A stretch of DNA of 63,014 bases, the filler included. It is 4 parts of 4 records of this genome, joined end to end, with 100 filler letters (N's around TTAATTAATTAA, not from the genome) between each part and the next. Parts side by side here need not be neighbours in the genome. Positions count along the whole stretch, not along the records: positions 1 to 12,791 come from SRR31147125_4591; positions 12,892 to 39,605 come from SRR31147125_4604; 2 more parts are not named here. One strand, given 5' to 3'. The number at the start of each line of letters is the position of its first letter. Positions within the stretch are counted from its first letter, which is position 1. The notes beneath the pieces are model-generated. The model did not search any database and was not told the origin of the DNA. It saw only the letters and a program-made list of their open reading frames with translations. The position numbers and the translations under genes are program-made. This document shows positions 9,508-20,771 of this stretch, one piece after another.

Positions 9508-10587
9508 TCATAGAATCTTAAATTTGGAATCCGATTTAAAGCTCAGTACACTGATCCGGGCCGCAATAGTTTGTGCTAATTTTTTAAAAACACTGGCAAT
9601 TTCAGTATCAGGCTCAGTAGCAACGATGGGCTTTCCACTGTCTCCACCCTGTCGAGCAAGCGGATCCAGAGGTAAACGACCAAGAAAAGGTACCTGAAGT
9701 TCATGGGCTGCTTTTTCAGCTCCCCCATAACCGAAAATGTCATAGCGATTTTTTGTGTCAGGAGCGATGAAATAGGCCATATTTTCAATGACGCCAAGTA
9801 TGGGAACCTGCAATTTCTGAAAGGCAGCCAAACCACGACGGGCATCTGCAAGTGCCACATCCTGAGGAGTAGAGACGATAATGCCGCCGGTTAACGGAAC
9901 TGATTGGGCCAGACTCATTTGCACATCCCCTGTTCCGGGTGGCAGATCCACGATAAGATAATCCAGATCACTCCAGGCCACATCTGCGACAAGTTCCTGA
10001 ATCGCTTTATGCAGCATTGGACCACGCCAGATGATTGGTTGATCCGGAGGAACCATAAAACCCATTGACATGAGTTGAATTCCATACGCTTCAGCAGGAA
10101 CAAGCTTGTTATCAATCGGAGGCGCAATACGATCTACACCCAGCATTTGCGGTATGTTCGGTCCATAGATATCCGCATCCAGTAAACCCACTTTAGCACC
10201 GGTTTGAGACAGTGCAATGGCCAGATTGGCAGCCACCGTACTCTTGCCAACACCACCTTTGCCACTGGCAATGGCAACAATATTTTTAATGGGAACCTGT
10301 AATTGTTCTGATATTCTATTATCGGCTTTCACATTAGAATCAAAATTCACCTTTATATCATGAACACCATTTATATTATTTAGAGCAGTCTTGATATCAT
10401 CTTCCATGACCTTTTTCAATGGACAAGCAGGTGTTGTTAGCATGACGGTGAGCTCGACACTATGTTCATTTATTTTCACATTCCGGATCATATTCAATGT
10501 AACAAGGTCCTTATGAAGTTCGGGTTCCTGCACTGTGGCCAGAGCTTGCATAATGTCCTGTTTCGTAATAGCATTTTTATTTGTCAT
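9508..10587 (-). CDS. mrp: Mrp/ApbC/NBP35 Fe-S cluster carrier ATPase with N-terminal DUF59 domain
   Basis: QEPELHKDLV, LTTPACP, SGKGGVGKST, WRGPM, DLPPGTGD, ENM motifs. Confidence 0.93.
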   Translation of the reverse strand: MTNKNAITKQDIMQALATVQEPELHKDLVTLNMIRNVKINEHSVELTVMLTTPACPLKKVMEDDIKTALNNINGVHDIKVNFDSNVKADNRISEQLQVPIKNIVAIASGKGGVGKSTVAANLAIALSQTGAKVGLLDADIYGPNIPQMLGVDRIAPPIDNKLVPAEAYGIQLMSMGFMVPPDQPIIWRGPMLHKAIQELVADVAWSDLDYLIVDLPPGTGDVQMSLAQSVPLTGGIIVSTPQDVALADARRGLAAFQKLQVPILGVIENMAYFIAPDTKNRYDIFGYGGAEKAAHELQVPFLGRLPLDPLARQGGDSGKPIVATEPDTEIASVFKKLAQTIAARISVLSFKSDSKFKIL

Positions 10588-10773
10588 ACTCAACACCTCA
10601 TTATTTTTATATTTTTAAAAAGTGTCTTCACACTCTAACAAGCATAGTAAGAGTAAAACGGCAGGTCATAATCAATCTATTCCAAAAACTTCATTGAATC
10701 GCTAGTACACGAACAGCAAAAATCCAATTGAATGGATTGACACTAAAACATTACTGTTAGATATAAAAAATTA

Positions 10774-11556
10774 TTAAATGATTTGATCTGCTAATTTGCT
10801 TTTGGGAAGATCAGCAAAAGACGGTAGGATATAATCAGGTTTGAAATTGCTCCTATCCAAATGATCCTGCAAAAACTTTCCTGTTCTCACCAGGCAAGTT
10901 TGTAAACCGACTTGTGCTGCGCCAGCGATATCGGACTCGATGTCATCGCCAATCATAAGGACCTCATGTGGCTTCAGATTCAAATCCTCTAATGCCATTC
11001 GAAAAAATGTTGTCGAAGGCTTGCCAATCAGTTTTGCTTCCTTGTTTGCAGCATATTCCAGCATGGCAACAAAAGCGCCCGCATCCATTTCATATCCCTT
11101 ATCACTCAACCAGAACCGATTTCTTTGCAGGGCAATAAGCTCTGCACCCTGTAAAAGGTATTTAAAGGCTTTGTTTAGCTTGTAAAAATCAGCTTTATCT
11201 CCCAGGTCACCCACAACAACATAGTCAATTTCCTCATTGTCCTGCTGTAAATCACTAAATTCCTTTTTACCATCTTCCAGCATCAGTAAATAACAGCCAG
11301 GTGATCCTTTTTGACGCAGATACAACGATCCGGCAAAAGCAGCAGAAAAAATCTCATTTATGGATACCTTTATATCCATTCCCTCAAGTTTATCACGCAG
11401 TGATGCTCTACTTTTCATGGTTGTGTTTGTTATAAATCGAAATGGACATTTATGATCCCGTAACCAGCGAATAGTATCACAACACCCGGATATAGGGCTT
11501 GAATCATTATAAATCGTTCCATCTAAATCGACAAGCAAGCCTTTTATTTTACTCAT
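10774..11556 (-). CDS. HAD-IIA hydrolase (LHPP/HDHD2-like)
   Basis: DLDGT, ITNTT, GKPS, IGDDIESDI, LVRTGKF motifs. Confidence 0.88.
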   Translation of the reverse strand: MSKIKGLLVDLDGTIYNDSSPISGCCDTIRWLRDHKCPFRFITNTTMKSRASLRDKLEGMDIKVSINEIFSAAFAGSLYLRQKGSPGCYLLMLEDGKKEFSDLQQDNEEIDYVVVGDLGDKADFYKLNKAFKYLLQGAELIALQRNRFWLSDKGYEMDAGAFVAMLEYAANKEAKLIGKPSTTFFRMALEDLNLKPHEVLMIGDDIESDIAGAAQVGLQTCLVRTGKFLQDHLDRSNFKPDYILPSFADLPKSKLADQII

Positions 11557-12204
11557 TTTGTCACCTTTTATATCCTCATCCAATCAAAAAAGTTTATATG
11601 TTCTCTTTTCATATATGGGGTACGACTATGATTCTTTGCTAAAGTACCAGATTATCCAACAGATAAAACCATACAAACAAACTCAAAGCCAATTCAGTCA
11701 AAGTTAATCCATTTTTTTCCTACAGATATTCAAAGATAACAAATAATATCCCATAGGATAAAAGCTCCATCATTCAGAATTACTTCTATAAGCAGATAAA
11801 TCTATCATATCTGATTCCTGGATATCAGGTTGAATAAAATAAAAACGTATAAGAGAAAATGGGTATTCCTTTAATTCAATATCCACCATGTTCATATATA
11901 TCGATATCTTAAAAAACGGTCTGACATTTTCATCTAAAATCGAATATTAACGATATTTTTACCCACAAAATCTGGCAAATCACCGAATTTATCAAAAAAT
12001 CGTTTTCTATTCGGATTATTTACAAAAATCTCTGCGTTGATCTTTAATCATAATGTTAAACAATCTATCAGGGCGTACTCATGATTCATTTGCCCTGGTT
12101 TGATGGTCATAGCGAAACAAAATAATTAGCTATAGTGAAAGCAGCCATGGTCAGATTTAATTAGAAACATAATTTTTCATTTTACCTCAAAGGGAGAGGC
12201 GAAC

Positions 12205-12791
12205 ATGACTAAATTAAAAGAAAACTCACTGACAAAAGAAGAAATATTTCATCCGACTAGGGTAATTAAAGATTCTGCTCACATAAAAGAGTATGAAACT
12301 CTTTATCAAAAATCCATCACGAACCGGGAAAAATTCTGGGAAGAACAGGCAGAAAATCTGGAATGGTACAAAAAATGGGATAAAGTTCTGGATAGCCGCC
12401 AGGCGCCCTTTTACAAATGGTTCACAGGTGGTAAAATAAATATTATTCAAAATGCCATTGATCGTCATCTAAAAACCTGGCGGAGAAACAAGCTTGCTCT
12501 CATCTGGGAGGGTGAACCCGGTGATTTGCGAACATTTTCTTATCACGCCCTGAATCGTGAAGTGTCCAAATTGGCAAATGTTTTAAAAAGTATGGGTGTA
12601 AAAAAAGGCGATATTGTGACTCTTTATATGCCACAAATTCCTGAACTCATCTTTGCCATGTTGGCGTGCGTCAAAATTGGTGCCGCTCACAGTGTCGTTT
12701 ATGGTGGCTTCAGTGTGGAAGCACTGGCTGAGCGTATTGCAGATGCAGACAGCAGAGTCCTTGTAACAGCTGATGGCGGCTGGCGCCGAGG
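12205..12791 (+). CDS. acs: Acetyl-CoA synthetase, N-terminal part (truncated by contig end)
   Basis: FWEEQA..LEW, KWFTGGKINI..NAIDRH, ALIWEGEPG, KIGAAHSVVYGGFS.EALAERI, TADGGWRR. Confidence 0.92.
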
Positions 12792-12891
12792 NNNNNNNNN
12801 NNNNNNNNNNNNNNNNNNNNNNNNNNNNNNNNNNNTTAATTAATTAANNNNNNNNNNNNNNNNNNNNNNNNNNNNNNNNNNNNNNNNNNNN
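12792..12891. other. Artificial contig spacer
   Basis: N44-TTAATTAATTAA-N44 (stops in all six frames); composition changes across it. Confidence 0.98.
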
Positions 12892-13281
12892 TTTTTAGAA
12901 GGATATAAAGATAGATATGGTTATTATCCAACCTATCCAGTCGCAGATGCTGGATATGGTGGACTAATGAATTATCGGTATTTGAAATATAATGATATGA
13001 AACTTTATCAAAAATATGGGATGTATAGTAAAGATACACATGACAAGAAACGTATGAATCATCCATATTTCACACATCAATTGATAAAAGACGGAAATGA
13101 TTATGTGGGAACTAATGGTGATAGACTTATATATCTATATAAAAATAATCGTGGTAACGATGTCTATCTTCTACCTAATGGTAAACGCAAAGAGATAAAC
13201 GAAGAAAATATAGGTTATCAAAAAGAAGTGATTAAAAACCTATCATCACCAATAGGCACAAAATTCACTTCCATTCAATGA
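12892..13281 (+). mobile_element. IS1182-family transposase fragment, apparently truncated at C-terminus
   Basis: Frame open from contig start: FLEGYKDRYGYYPTYPVADAGYGG..NY.Y...; YPVADAGYG resembles the second DDE Asp region of Firmicutes IS1182 transposases; ORF stops at ...SIQ* before the expected catalytic Glu (xEG) motif. Confidence 0.7.
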
Positions 13282-13351
13282 GTGATTACAGAATAAAATA
13301 TCCATATATTTGGATGTTTTTTTATTTAAAAAAGCACTTGCAAAAAGTGCT

Positions 13352-13576
13352 TTACTCAAAATAGAATATATCTTCAAAGTTTTTCTCTAATATAATACAT
13401 AAAATTAATGCTAGTTTTGCAGTAGGGTTAAATTTACCAGTTTCTATTGATCCTATGGTTTGTCTAGATACTCCAGCTAAATTAGCTAAATCATCTTGTG
13501 TGAGATTTTTTTCAACACGTGCAAGCTTCAATTTATTCTTTAAAATGAGGGAATTATTATTTTCATAAATATTCAT
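13352..13576 (-). CDS. XRE-family HTH transcriptional regulator
   Basis: LKNKLKLARVEKNLTQDDLA..AGVSRQTIGSIETGKFNPTAKLAL. Confidence 0.9.
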   Translation of the reverse strand: MNIYENNNSLILKNKLKLARVEKNLTQDDLANLAGVSRQTIGSIETGKFNPTAKLALILCIILEKNFEDIFYFE

Positions 13577-13886
13577 AGAAAACCAACGTATTATATAAGG
13601 TTCCCAAAAATAGAAATAAACCAAATATAGTAAATAACAAATTCACTTTATTTTCTCTATTTTTTAAATATTCATATAATGACATCCATGTAAGCTGTCC
13701 AAATAAGATCATTAATAAATCTTGTGAAAAAATCTCTCCACTAAAATATCTAATAGCAACTAATCCCATAATTGACAGTAGACCACCCATATAACCCCAT
13801 GAATAAGAAAATTTCTTTATAATGACTTCTCTTTCATCGGGAATCTGATGATTTTCAATCCTTTTCAATAATTCATTCTTTTCCAT
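13563..13886 (-). CDS. Small 3-TM membrane protein co-transcribed with XRE regulator
   Basis: RBS AAGGAGTG before ATG at 13886; DERE motif followed by TM helices; overlaps XRE start. Confidence 0.7.
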   Translation of the reverse strand: MEKNELLKRIENHQIPDEREVIIKKFSYSWGYMGGLLSIMGLVAIRYFSGEIFSQDLLMILFGQLTWMSLYEYLKNRENKVNLLFTIFGLFLFLGTLYNTLVFYEYL

Positions 13887-14139
13887 TTTAATCACTCCTT
13901 TAAATAGAGTATATATTTTTATTAGATAAATGTCAAGTTTTATTGTCATAATATAAAGTTTTGTTTCCATATCTATTTTATGTCCTATCAAATGATTACC
14001 CACCTCATCTACACCAATAAGACAAGTTTTATTATTTGACAGGAAATAGTGTTGAAATATAGCATCCATTTATTTGGGTATTTTTTATACTTTTTTTGGT
14101 ATAATTAATTTATAGAATAATCAAATCAGAGTAGTTATC

Positions 14140-14538
14140 ATGGATGAGGTTAATTATGCATATAGATGTTTAAATGGTGGTCATGTATTTACAAATGTCA
14201 CGTAACAATTAACTTGTGAAAATTGTAGTTCATCATAATTAAATTAGAAAGTAAAGATGAGTTCAAATGCAACCTTTAATTTATATTCTTCTATTAGTTT
14301 TAAAGGTACTTCAAATAAAAAAACTGACAGCAAAAAACATCCTATCTTTGAATTTGAACATAAAGAAATTAAAAATTATTTAGGTGAACCTGTCTCAATT
14401 GATTTAAGACGAGATAGGGAAAAAGATACTTATTACAAAACAGTAACCGATAAGAATTCTGGTGAGATAAAAGTAGTAAGAAATAAGAAGTTAAGTGATC
14501 ATAAAAATTTAAAATCAGACAAAAATAGTGTTAAATGA
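14140..14538 (+). pseudogene. Probable pseudogene of a Zn-ribbon-containing small protein
   Basis: ATG at 14140 is in frame with ORF 14257-14538: MDEVNYAYRCLNGGHVFTNVT*QLTCENCSSS*LN*KVKMSS...; three in-frame stops and a degenerate CxxC pair. Confidence 0.55.
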
Positions 14539-14554
14539 TGGGAGATTATATAAT

Positions 14555-15106
14555 ATGAAATTTATTTGTATCATAGGAGATAGTGCAGTTGGTAAAATGA
14601 CTGTAGGACAAGAAATCGAAAAAATTACAGATTTAACATTATTTCATAATCACATGACTATTGAAATAGTTTTAGATGTTTTTAAAAATTTCCATGTACC
14701 TGCTATTGAAGCATTAAGAACTGCGATTTTTGAAGAGTATACAAAAACAGATCTTCCTGGGCTCATATTCACATTACAATTAGCTTTTGAAAGACATGAT
14801 GATATTGAATATTTGGAAAATCTAATAGACTACTTTGAATCGAAAAATATTGAAACTTATATTGTAGAATTAGATGCTGACATAAACGTTAGATTAGAAC
14901 GAAACAAAACTGAAAATAGATTGCGTAATAAATCATCAAAACGAGACATCAAATTATCTGAAGAAAGATTACTAAATGATTTTAAAAACCATAGAGGAAT
15001 TTCTAATCCAGGTGAAATTAAGCATAAAAATTTTCTTAAAATTGATAATACAAATTTAGAAGCTAATGATGTAGCAATAATGATAAAAAAATACTTTGAT
15101 TTATAA
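14555..15106 (+). CDS. P-loop AAA / shikimate-kinase-like protein
   Basis: IIGDSAVGKMTVGQE, LFHNHMTIE, VEL.AD..VRLERNKTENRL. Confidence 0.8.
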   Translation: MKFICIIGDSAVGKMTVGQEIEKITDLTLFHNHMTIEIVLDVFKNFHVPAIEALRTAIFEEYTKTDLPGLIFTLQLAFERHDDIEYLENLIDYFESKNIETYIVELDADINVRLERNKTENRLRNKSSKRDIKLSEERLLNDFKNHRGISNPGEIKHKNFLKIDNTNLEANDVAIMIKKYFDL

Positions 15107-15332
15107 TTATTTGTTTTCAATTCACCAATTTTAATTTTATATCCCCTTAAGTGCATACCACCTTATCTCCACCAATAATACTGAAGTTTACTTTTGTGAT
15201 AGAAATGATTGTGAATAAAATAACTTATATCTTGGGTATTTTAAAGATTATACTCAAACATGCCATTTCATGCAATATTGTCATTGTTAAAACACAAGAT
15301 CCAGAATATAATTTACTTGAGGTGTATAAACA

Positions 15333-15761
15333 ATGTATAAATTAAAAGATATTATGGAAATGATGAATATTCCTGAAAGAACAATCAGGCGTCATATTAA
15401 ATTAGGCATACTGTGTGGTGAAAAAATAGGTGGTACCTGGAGATTTTCCGAAGACGATCTTCAAAAATACTTTAGTACTAAACCCATACAGCAAAGTCAG
15501 AAACATCTGAAAATAAATGAAATACTTGATTACTTAAATGGATTGTCTAAAACAGATGAACAAATTATTATGATTAAACAATTGAAAAAACTTTCAATTA
15601 GACAAAATAAAGATCTTTCATTATTTGTGAGTAATTTTAAACATAACTTCTACTTTAATCTAGATACTAAAATAGGTAAGTAAGTTATCACATTCAAAGG
15701 TGCTCAAAAAGACGCACTTCTATTATTAGAAAAAATAGCTTCTTATGATAAAAATATATAA
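15333..15761 (+). pseudogene. HTH_17/excisionase-like DNA-binding protein with probable premature stop at 15681-15683
   Basis: MYKLKDIMEMMNIPERTIRRHIKLG.L.GEKIGGTWRF; after TAA the frame continues protein-like (VITFKGAQKDALLLLEKIASYDKNI*). Confidence 0.6.
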
Positions 15762-15947
15762 AACTATGTTTTGTCTCATTAAATGCAAAATCACTTGGCT
15801 CCATCAATTGAATTTTATATTATTCAACAATTCATAATTATATTTGAATTTTATGTGTAAGTTTTTTTCGAAAAAGAGATTTGCATCCTATTATTTGCTT
15901 TCTAATGATATACTAATTACACATACTATAATTGGAGGGGTAAAATC

Positions 15948-16490
15948 ATGAAAAAATCATTTTTAGTAATAGCAGTAGTTTCTATTATTGCAATTTCAAT
16001 TGTCTTATTATTTGTATTTCCACTACATCCAATACCTGATGGACTTCCAAATGATTATTATGAACGATTTGACGTTTTAATAGATAATAATATTAAATTA
16101 TATTTGTATAGCGATGAAATAGATTTTAATGATGATATTCAATATCATACGATATCAGATATTGATGAAGTACCGATATCATCAACATTGAAAACATTTA
16201 TCATTGTAGATATGAATAAATATAACAATGATTCAGATTTTGCATCTGAATTGGAAATCCAAAAATATTATGAAGATTACAGGGTTGGTATAGTATTTAT
16301 AAACTATATGAGTAGTCATTCAGAACTTCTTACTGATCTTATTGAATCAAGTGATTTTGAATCAGATCTCATTTTATATGGATATGATAAATACAATGTA
16401 GCCACTAAAGGTTCAGTTACAGATGAATTTCCAAGTCATCAGATGATGATGTATGCAATCATTGATCAAATTGCATATTTAATTGAATAA
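15948..16490 (+). CDS. Hypothetical N-terminally anchored acidic protein
   Basis: RBS GGAGGGG, hydrophobic N-terminal helix, 180-aa ORF. Confidence 0.7.
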   Translation: MKKSFLVIAVVSIIAISIVLLFVFPLHPIPDGLPNDYYERFDVLIDNNIKLYLYSDEIDFNDDIQYHTISDIDEVPISSTLKTFIIVDMNKYNNDSDFASELEIQKYYEDYRVGIVFINYMSSHSELLTDLIESSDFESDLILYGYDKYNVATKGSVTDEFPSHQMMMYAIIDQIAYLIE

Positions 16491-16645
16491 GCAGAATATT
16501 CATCTTATGTATAAAATACATGATATGCTTAGCATTGCATGATTTGTCTTATGGAAATCAATTTCAGTGACAGATTATTTCAATCATGTAGTAGATAGTT
16601 TACAAAAAATATCTTATTCACTGCTAAAATGAAATATTTATATAA

Positions 16646-16682
16646 AAAAGGATGATTCAAATATCAATTGAATCATCCTTTT
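16646..16682. terminator. Bidirectional intrinsic terminator
   Basis: AAAAGGATGATTCAA-N7-TTGAATCATCCTTTT between convergent genes. Confidence 0.8.
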
Positions 16683-16698
16683 ATTGATTGACTTTTAA

Positions 16699-18600
16699 TT
16701 ACCAAATACTAACCATTTTATCTTTGTCTAAATACATCTTATCATCTTTTTCAATCTTATAGAAATCTTGAAATTCAGGTAAGTTGCTTAATTGCATATT
16801 TGTACGTAATAATGATGGGCCATGAACATCAACTTTTAACAATAATTCACTATATTGTTTTGATGATTTTTGTCGCCAAACTCTTGCCCAATTTTGGAAG
16901 AATTCATCAAAATTATGATCACTTCGTTTTTTACTTGCTTCTAGTGCACAACGAAGTCCTCCACTATCTGCAATATTTTCAGACACTGTTAATTCTCCAT
17001 TACATTTACCATTTCCTGTTTCAACTTCATCAAAAAGTTTAATCATATCCTCTGATTTCTTTTTAAATGATACAAGATCTTCATCTGTCCACCAATTATT
17101 AAGTGAGCCAAACTCATCAAATTTAGCACCATTATTATCAAATGCATGAGAGATCTCGTGTGCCATTACTGCACCAATTGCACCATAATTTTCAGATGGT
17201 GTTTGATCTAGACTATAATAAGGTCTTTGCAAGATAGCTGCAGGGAATACAATTTGATTATTTGTTGGACTATAATAAGCATTCACCATACTTGCAGGCA
17301 TACCCCAAATATTTCTATTTGGTGCTTTGTTATATTTTTCAAATGTAAGTTTAGTCTTGATGCGTGACATCTTTAAAAACTCATTTAAAACATTAGATCC
17401 TTCTTCATAATTTTTGATATCAAACATATCATAAAATGGTGGCAATTCATCAGGATAACCCACATGAACAGTTAATGTTGATAGTTTCTTAAGTGCTTTT
17501 TGTTTCGTTTTTTCATTTAACCAGTCATTTTGACTAATTCTTTCTTCATAAATATCTATCATTTCATGAACCATCATTTTTACATCTTCTTTTGCCTTTG
17601 GTCCAAAATAAGTTTGTCCATAAAATAAACCAACAATTTGACTAAATGCATTATATGCTTGATAAAATGCAAATTTTTCTTTGCTTTGAGCTTCCTGAAT
17701 ACCTGATAATGCACGTCCAAATGCACCACCTGCAACTCGAATGTCATCCGTTAATTTTGATGCAAACGCAAGTGCATTAGATACAATCATCCATGCTTTC
17801 ATGTTTTCGAATTGTTCTGAACAAATAATATGATCAAACGCGTGAATAAAATCAGGGTTTAATATGATAAGTTGCTCCACATCTTGATTCACAAGTGTTT
17901 TAGCTTGTCCCATGACATCAAAATTTTTCGTAAGTTTAGCAACCTCTTCATTTTTCATAGGATTATATATTTTTACATAATCTGCTGATTCAACTCTTGA
18001 TTTAGTAACAGGCACCAATAAAGCATCAAAAGCTAGTGCGCCTTCTATCAATGTTGCTGATTCTTCTTTTGAAAATCCATATAACTCAAGTAATTGTTGC
18101 GTCGTTTGTGTGAAAAGACCAATTAATTGTTGTTTTTTATCTTTATCATGATAGTATGTCGTATCTGGTAAGAAAAGATTTGCTGCACCAAAATATAGTA
18201 CTTGATTATTGCTATCCATAAAGTCTTGCATAACTGCAAAACCAAAAGGTGTTTCAATAGAATCAAAAGTGAAATCTATAAAAGATGCCGCTAAATCATC
18301 TAAACTTTTTAGTTCTTTAATCTGATTCAAAATCTTATCAAATGGTTTAGCCCCTAATTTTTCTCTTTGATCAAAATCTGTTGTCATTTGATATAATTTA
18401 ATATATTTTTTCATATTATTATTTAAATCTTTAGGATTATCAGACCATTTTTTAGTAAGGTCCATAAGTAATTCTTCAATTTCTAAATGCAATTCCAAAA
18501 ATGCTGAGATTGATGGTTTATCCCCTGGGATTTGTGCTTTTTCTAGCCACTCGCCATTAACAGCTTTGTAAAAATCTGATTTTATAAGTTCTCTATTCAT
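16699..18600 (-). CDS. pepO: M13 family neutral endopeptidase
   Basis: DFYKAVNGEW, VNAYY, HEISHAFD, ENIADSGG, DVHGP..LR motifs. Confidence 0.93.
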   Translation of the reverse strand: MNRELIKSDFYKAVNGEWLEKAQIPGDKPSISAFLELHLEIEELLMDLTKKWSDNPKDLNNNMKKYIKLYQMTTDFDQREKLGAKPFDKILNQIKELKSLDDLAASFIDFTFDSIETPFGFAVMQDFMDSNNQVLYFGAANLFLPDTTYYHDKDKKQQLIGLFTQTTQQLLELYGFSKEESATLIEGALAFDALLVPVTKSRVESADYVKIYNPMKNEEVAKLTKNFDVMGQAKTLVNQDVEQLIILNPDFIHAFDHIICSEQFENMKAWMIVSNALAFASKLTDDIRVAGGAFGRALSGIQEAQSKEKFAFYQAYNAFSQIVGLFYGQTYFGPKAKEDVKMMVHEMIDIYEERISQNDWLNEKTKQKALKKLSTLTVHVGYPDELPPFYDMFDIKNYEEGSNVLNEFLKMSRIKTKLTFEKYNKAPNRNIWGMPASMVNAYYSPTNNQIVFPAAILQRPYYSLDQTPSENYGAIGAVMAHEISHAFDNNGAKFDEFGSLNNWWTDEDLVSFKKKSEDMIKLFDEVETGNGKCNGELTVSENIADSGGLRCALEASKKRSDHNFDEFFQNWARVWRQKSSKQYSELLLKVDVHGPSLLRTNMQLSNLPEFQDFYKIEKDDKMYLDKDKMVSIW

Positions 18601-18732
18601 ATCATCACTCCTTAAGTTATTATAACATTGTTGAAAATAATTTCATTAATTTTCATGTTTTTTACATCTTTTCTTTCTTTTTTATACTGGTTTTGATAAC
18701 ATGAATTATAAACATATGAAAAAAGGTGACCC

Positions 18733-19791
18733 ATGTATAAAAATCAAAGCGATAACGTCCATCAAAGAAGACCACGCTATAAAGGAACACATCCAAAAAA
18801 ATTTAAAAATAAATATAAAGAACATCAGCCTGAAAAATATCAAGATACCATCAAAAAAGTCATGCAAAAAGGTCAAACACCAGCAGGTATGCATCGTCCT
18901 ATTTGTGTTGATGAAATCCTTGAGTTTTTTGATCTTAAAAATGGACAAACTGGTCTAGATGCCACACTTGGCTATGGTGGACACACACAAGAAATCTTAA
19001 AAAGAATTGGTAAGTCTGGTCACTTATATGCATGTGATGCAGATCCTATTGAACTAGAAAAAACTAAAAACCGATTAAACCATTTAGGATATAACGAAGA
19101 TATTTTGACCATTCTTAATATAAATTTTGAAGATATTGATTATATATCAACAGAACATGGTCTATTTGATTTTGTACTTGCAGATCTTGGCCTATCTTCT
19201 ATGCAAATTGATAATCCAGATAGAGGCTTTACGTTTAAAGCCGATGGTCCACTTGATTTGCGTATGAATCCAAATAAAGGTATATCAGCTGCCATGAGAC
19301 TACGTGAATTATCAAGAGATGAAATCGTTGGTATGCTTAAAGAGAATGCTGATGAACCCTATGCTCAAGAAATTGCAGATGAAATTATCAACACTTATCG
19401 TGATGGTGATATGATTGAGTCAACACAATCATTTTATGAAGTCATTAAACATGCATTATCTTTTCTTCCAAAACAAGATAGAGAATCACACATTAAGAAA
19501 TCTGCTCAACGCTCTTTTCAAGCGCTACGCATCGATGTAAACCATGAATATGAAGTGCTCTATCATTTCTTAGAAAAATTACCCCATGTATTAAAACCTG
19601 GTGGTAAAGCAGCTATTTTATCATTTCATTCTGGCGAAGACCGCTTGGTTAAAAAATCATTTAAATACTTTAAAAACTTAGGACTATATCAAAGTATTTC
19701 ACAAGCACCTATACGACCATCAAGGGAAGAACAATTTTCAAATAGCCGCTCTAAATCAGCAAAATTAAGATGGGCAATAAAAACTAAATAA
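18733..19791 (+). CDS. rsmH: RsmH/MraW-family methyltransferase, long paralog with basic N-terminal extension
   Basis: H.PI, DATLGYGGH, DLGLSSMQID, GPLDLRM, FQALRIDVN, SFHSGEDR, NSRSKSAKLR. Confidence 0.85.
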   Translation: MYKNQSDNVHQRRPRYKGTHPKKFKNKYKEHQPEKYQDTIKKVMQKGQTPAGMHRPICVDEILEFFDLKNGQTGLDATLGYGGHTQEILKRIGKSGHLYACDADPIELEKTKNRLNHLGYNEDILTILNINFEDIDYISTEHGLFDFVLADLGLSSMQIDNPDRGFTFKADGPLDLRMNPNKGISAAMRLRELSRDEIVGMLKENADEPYAQEIADEIINTYRDGDMIESTQSFYEVIKHALSFLPKQDRESHIKKSAQRSFQALRIDVNHEYEVLYHFLEKLPHVLKPGGKAAILSFHSGEDRLVKKSFKYFKNLGLYQSISQAPIRPSREEQFSNSRSKSAKLRWAIKTK

Positions 19792-19874
19792 TGTGTTATA
19801 GCATATATTCTATGCCATTTTAATCCTATATATATGTTATACAATGTACGTTTTTTAAACTATTGGAGGGGTCT

Positions 19875-20707
19875 ATGACAACATTTTTTTGAAATATAAC
19901 AGATTAAACATTTTAATCATGGCATTCAATATAGTCTTATTTTCTATATTGTTTTTACCACCGTTTTTTATGCGGATCGATAATTTTTGGCAAGATAATC
20001 TTTTTTTAACCATCACATCTTCAATTCTTGGTTTCATATTTTATTTTAGTCTATTCTTTTATTTATATATAAATATTGTGCTCTACATTCCAAATATAAG
20101 AAAACTTAACCATTTAAAACTATTACAAGTCATCTTGTTATTGTTTTTAGTTGATATGATACAAAGTGGCGAAAACGCGTATGTATCTCTAAATTTTTAC
20201 ATCATTTCATCATTATTAATACTTTTTATCATACTCATATCTCATTTATATATACATTTTTCAATACAATCAGACCAATTGTTTCATACTAATACTTTAT
20301 TAAATATGATTAAAAAAGATAGCGACAACATAGCCCCATCTATCAAAAGTTCTAAGTTACCTTATTATTTAGTGTTTTTTATTGGTGTGACATTGTATGT
20401 ATCCTCTTGGAACTATTATTTATATGGTCTAATCCTATTTTTACTCTATCTTTATGCAACGAATTATTTTAAATGTCATGTCACACCTAAGAAACGACGT
20501 ATTAAAAAAATTGTACAATCACTTTTTATTTATGTTCTGATATTATCTATCCTCATTATTTTTAATGATTTTTTAAGTCAACATATTGTCATACAAAATC
20601 TTTTACTTATTTGTCCTTTTATTTCAATATCTCCAAACATCTTAAATGAACTTTATTATGCTAAATTATATGAGTTAGAACTACAATTTCTTAAAATGAA
20701 TGCTTAA
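19875..20707 (+). CDS. Hypothetical polytopic membrane protein (apparent frameshift in T7 run just after start)
   Basis: RBS GGAGGGG then ATG at 19875 reads ATG ACA ACA TTT TTT TGA; one extra T joins it to ORF 19889-20707 with about 8 hydrophobic segments. Confidence 0.65.
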
Positions 20708-20771
20708 ATCAGATTGTGATTACAATCGATTTTATGATAAAATTTACATGTCTTTCGAAAGGATGTTTCAT

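Noticed and set aside
12792-12891. TTAATTAATTAA palindrome flanked by Ns (also 39606-39705, 57867-57966) and ORFs spanning it
   Set aside because: Artificial concatenation linker; gene adjacency and translated ORFs across these spacers have no biological meaning.
14140-15761. Stop-codon reassignment as explanation for in-frame TAA/TAG
   Set aside because: Neighbouring intact genes end normally at TAA/TAG and long genes translate fully under the standard code.
16699-18600. PepO, pcp and the adjacent ABC exporter as parts of the peptide-signalling cassette
   Set aside because: PepO degrades SHP pheromones in Streptococcus pyogenes, but here it is about 14 kb away; the ABC pair has its own MarR and operator and is separated by a terminator. 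No direct evidence of linkage.
18733-19791. RsmH outside the mraZ/division cluster as a novelty
   Set aside because: Stand-alone RsmH paralogs with this basic N-terminal extension are common in Firmicutes-related genomes.
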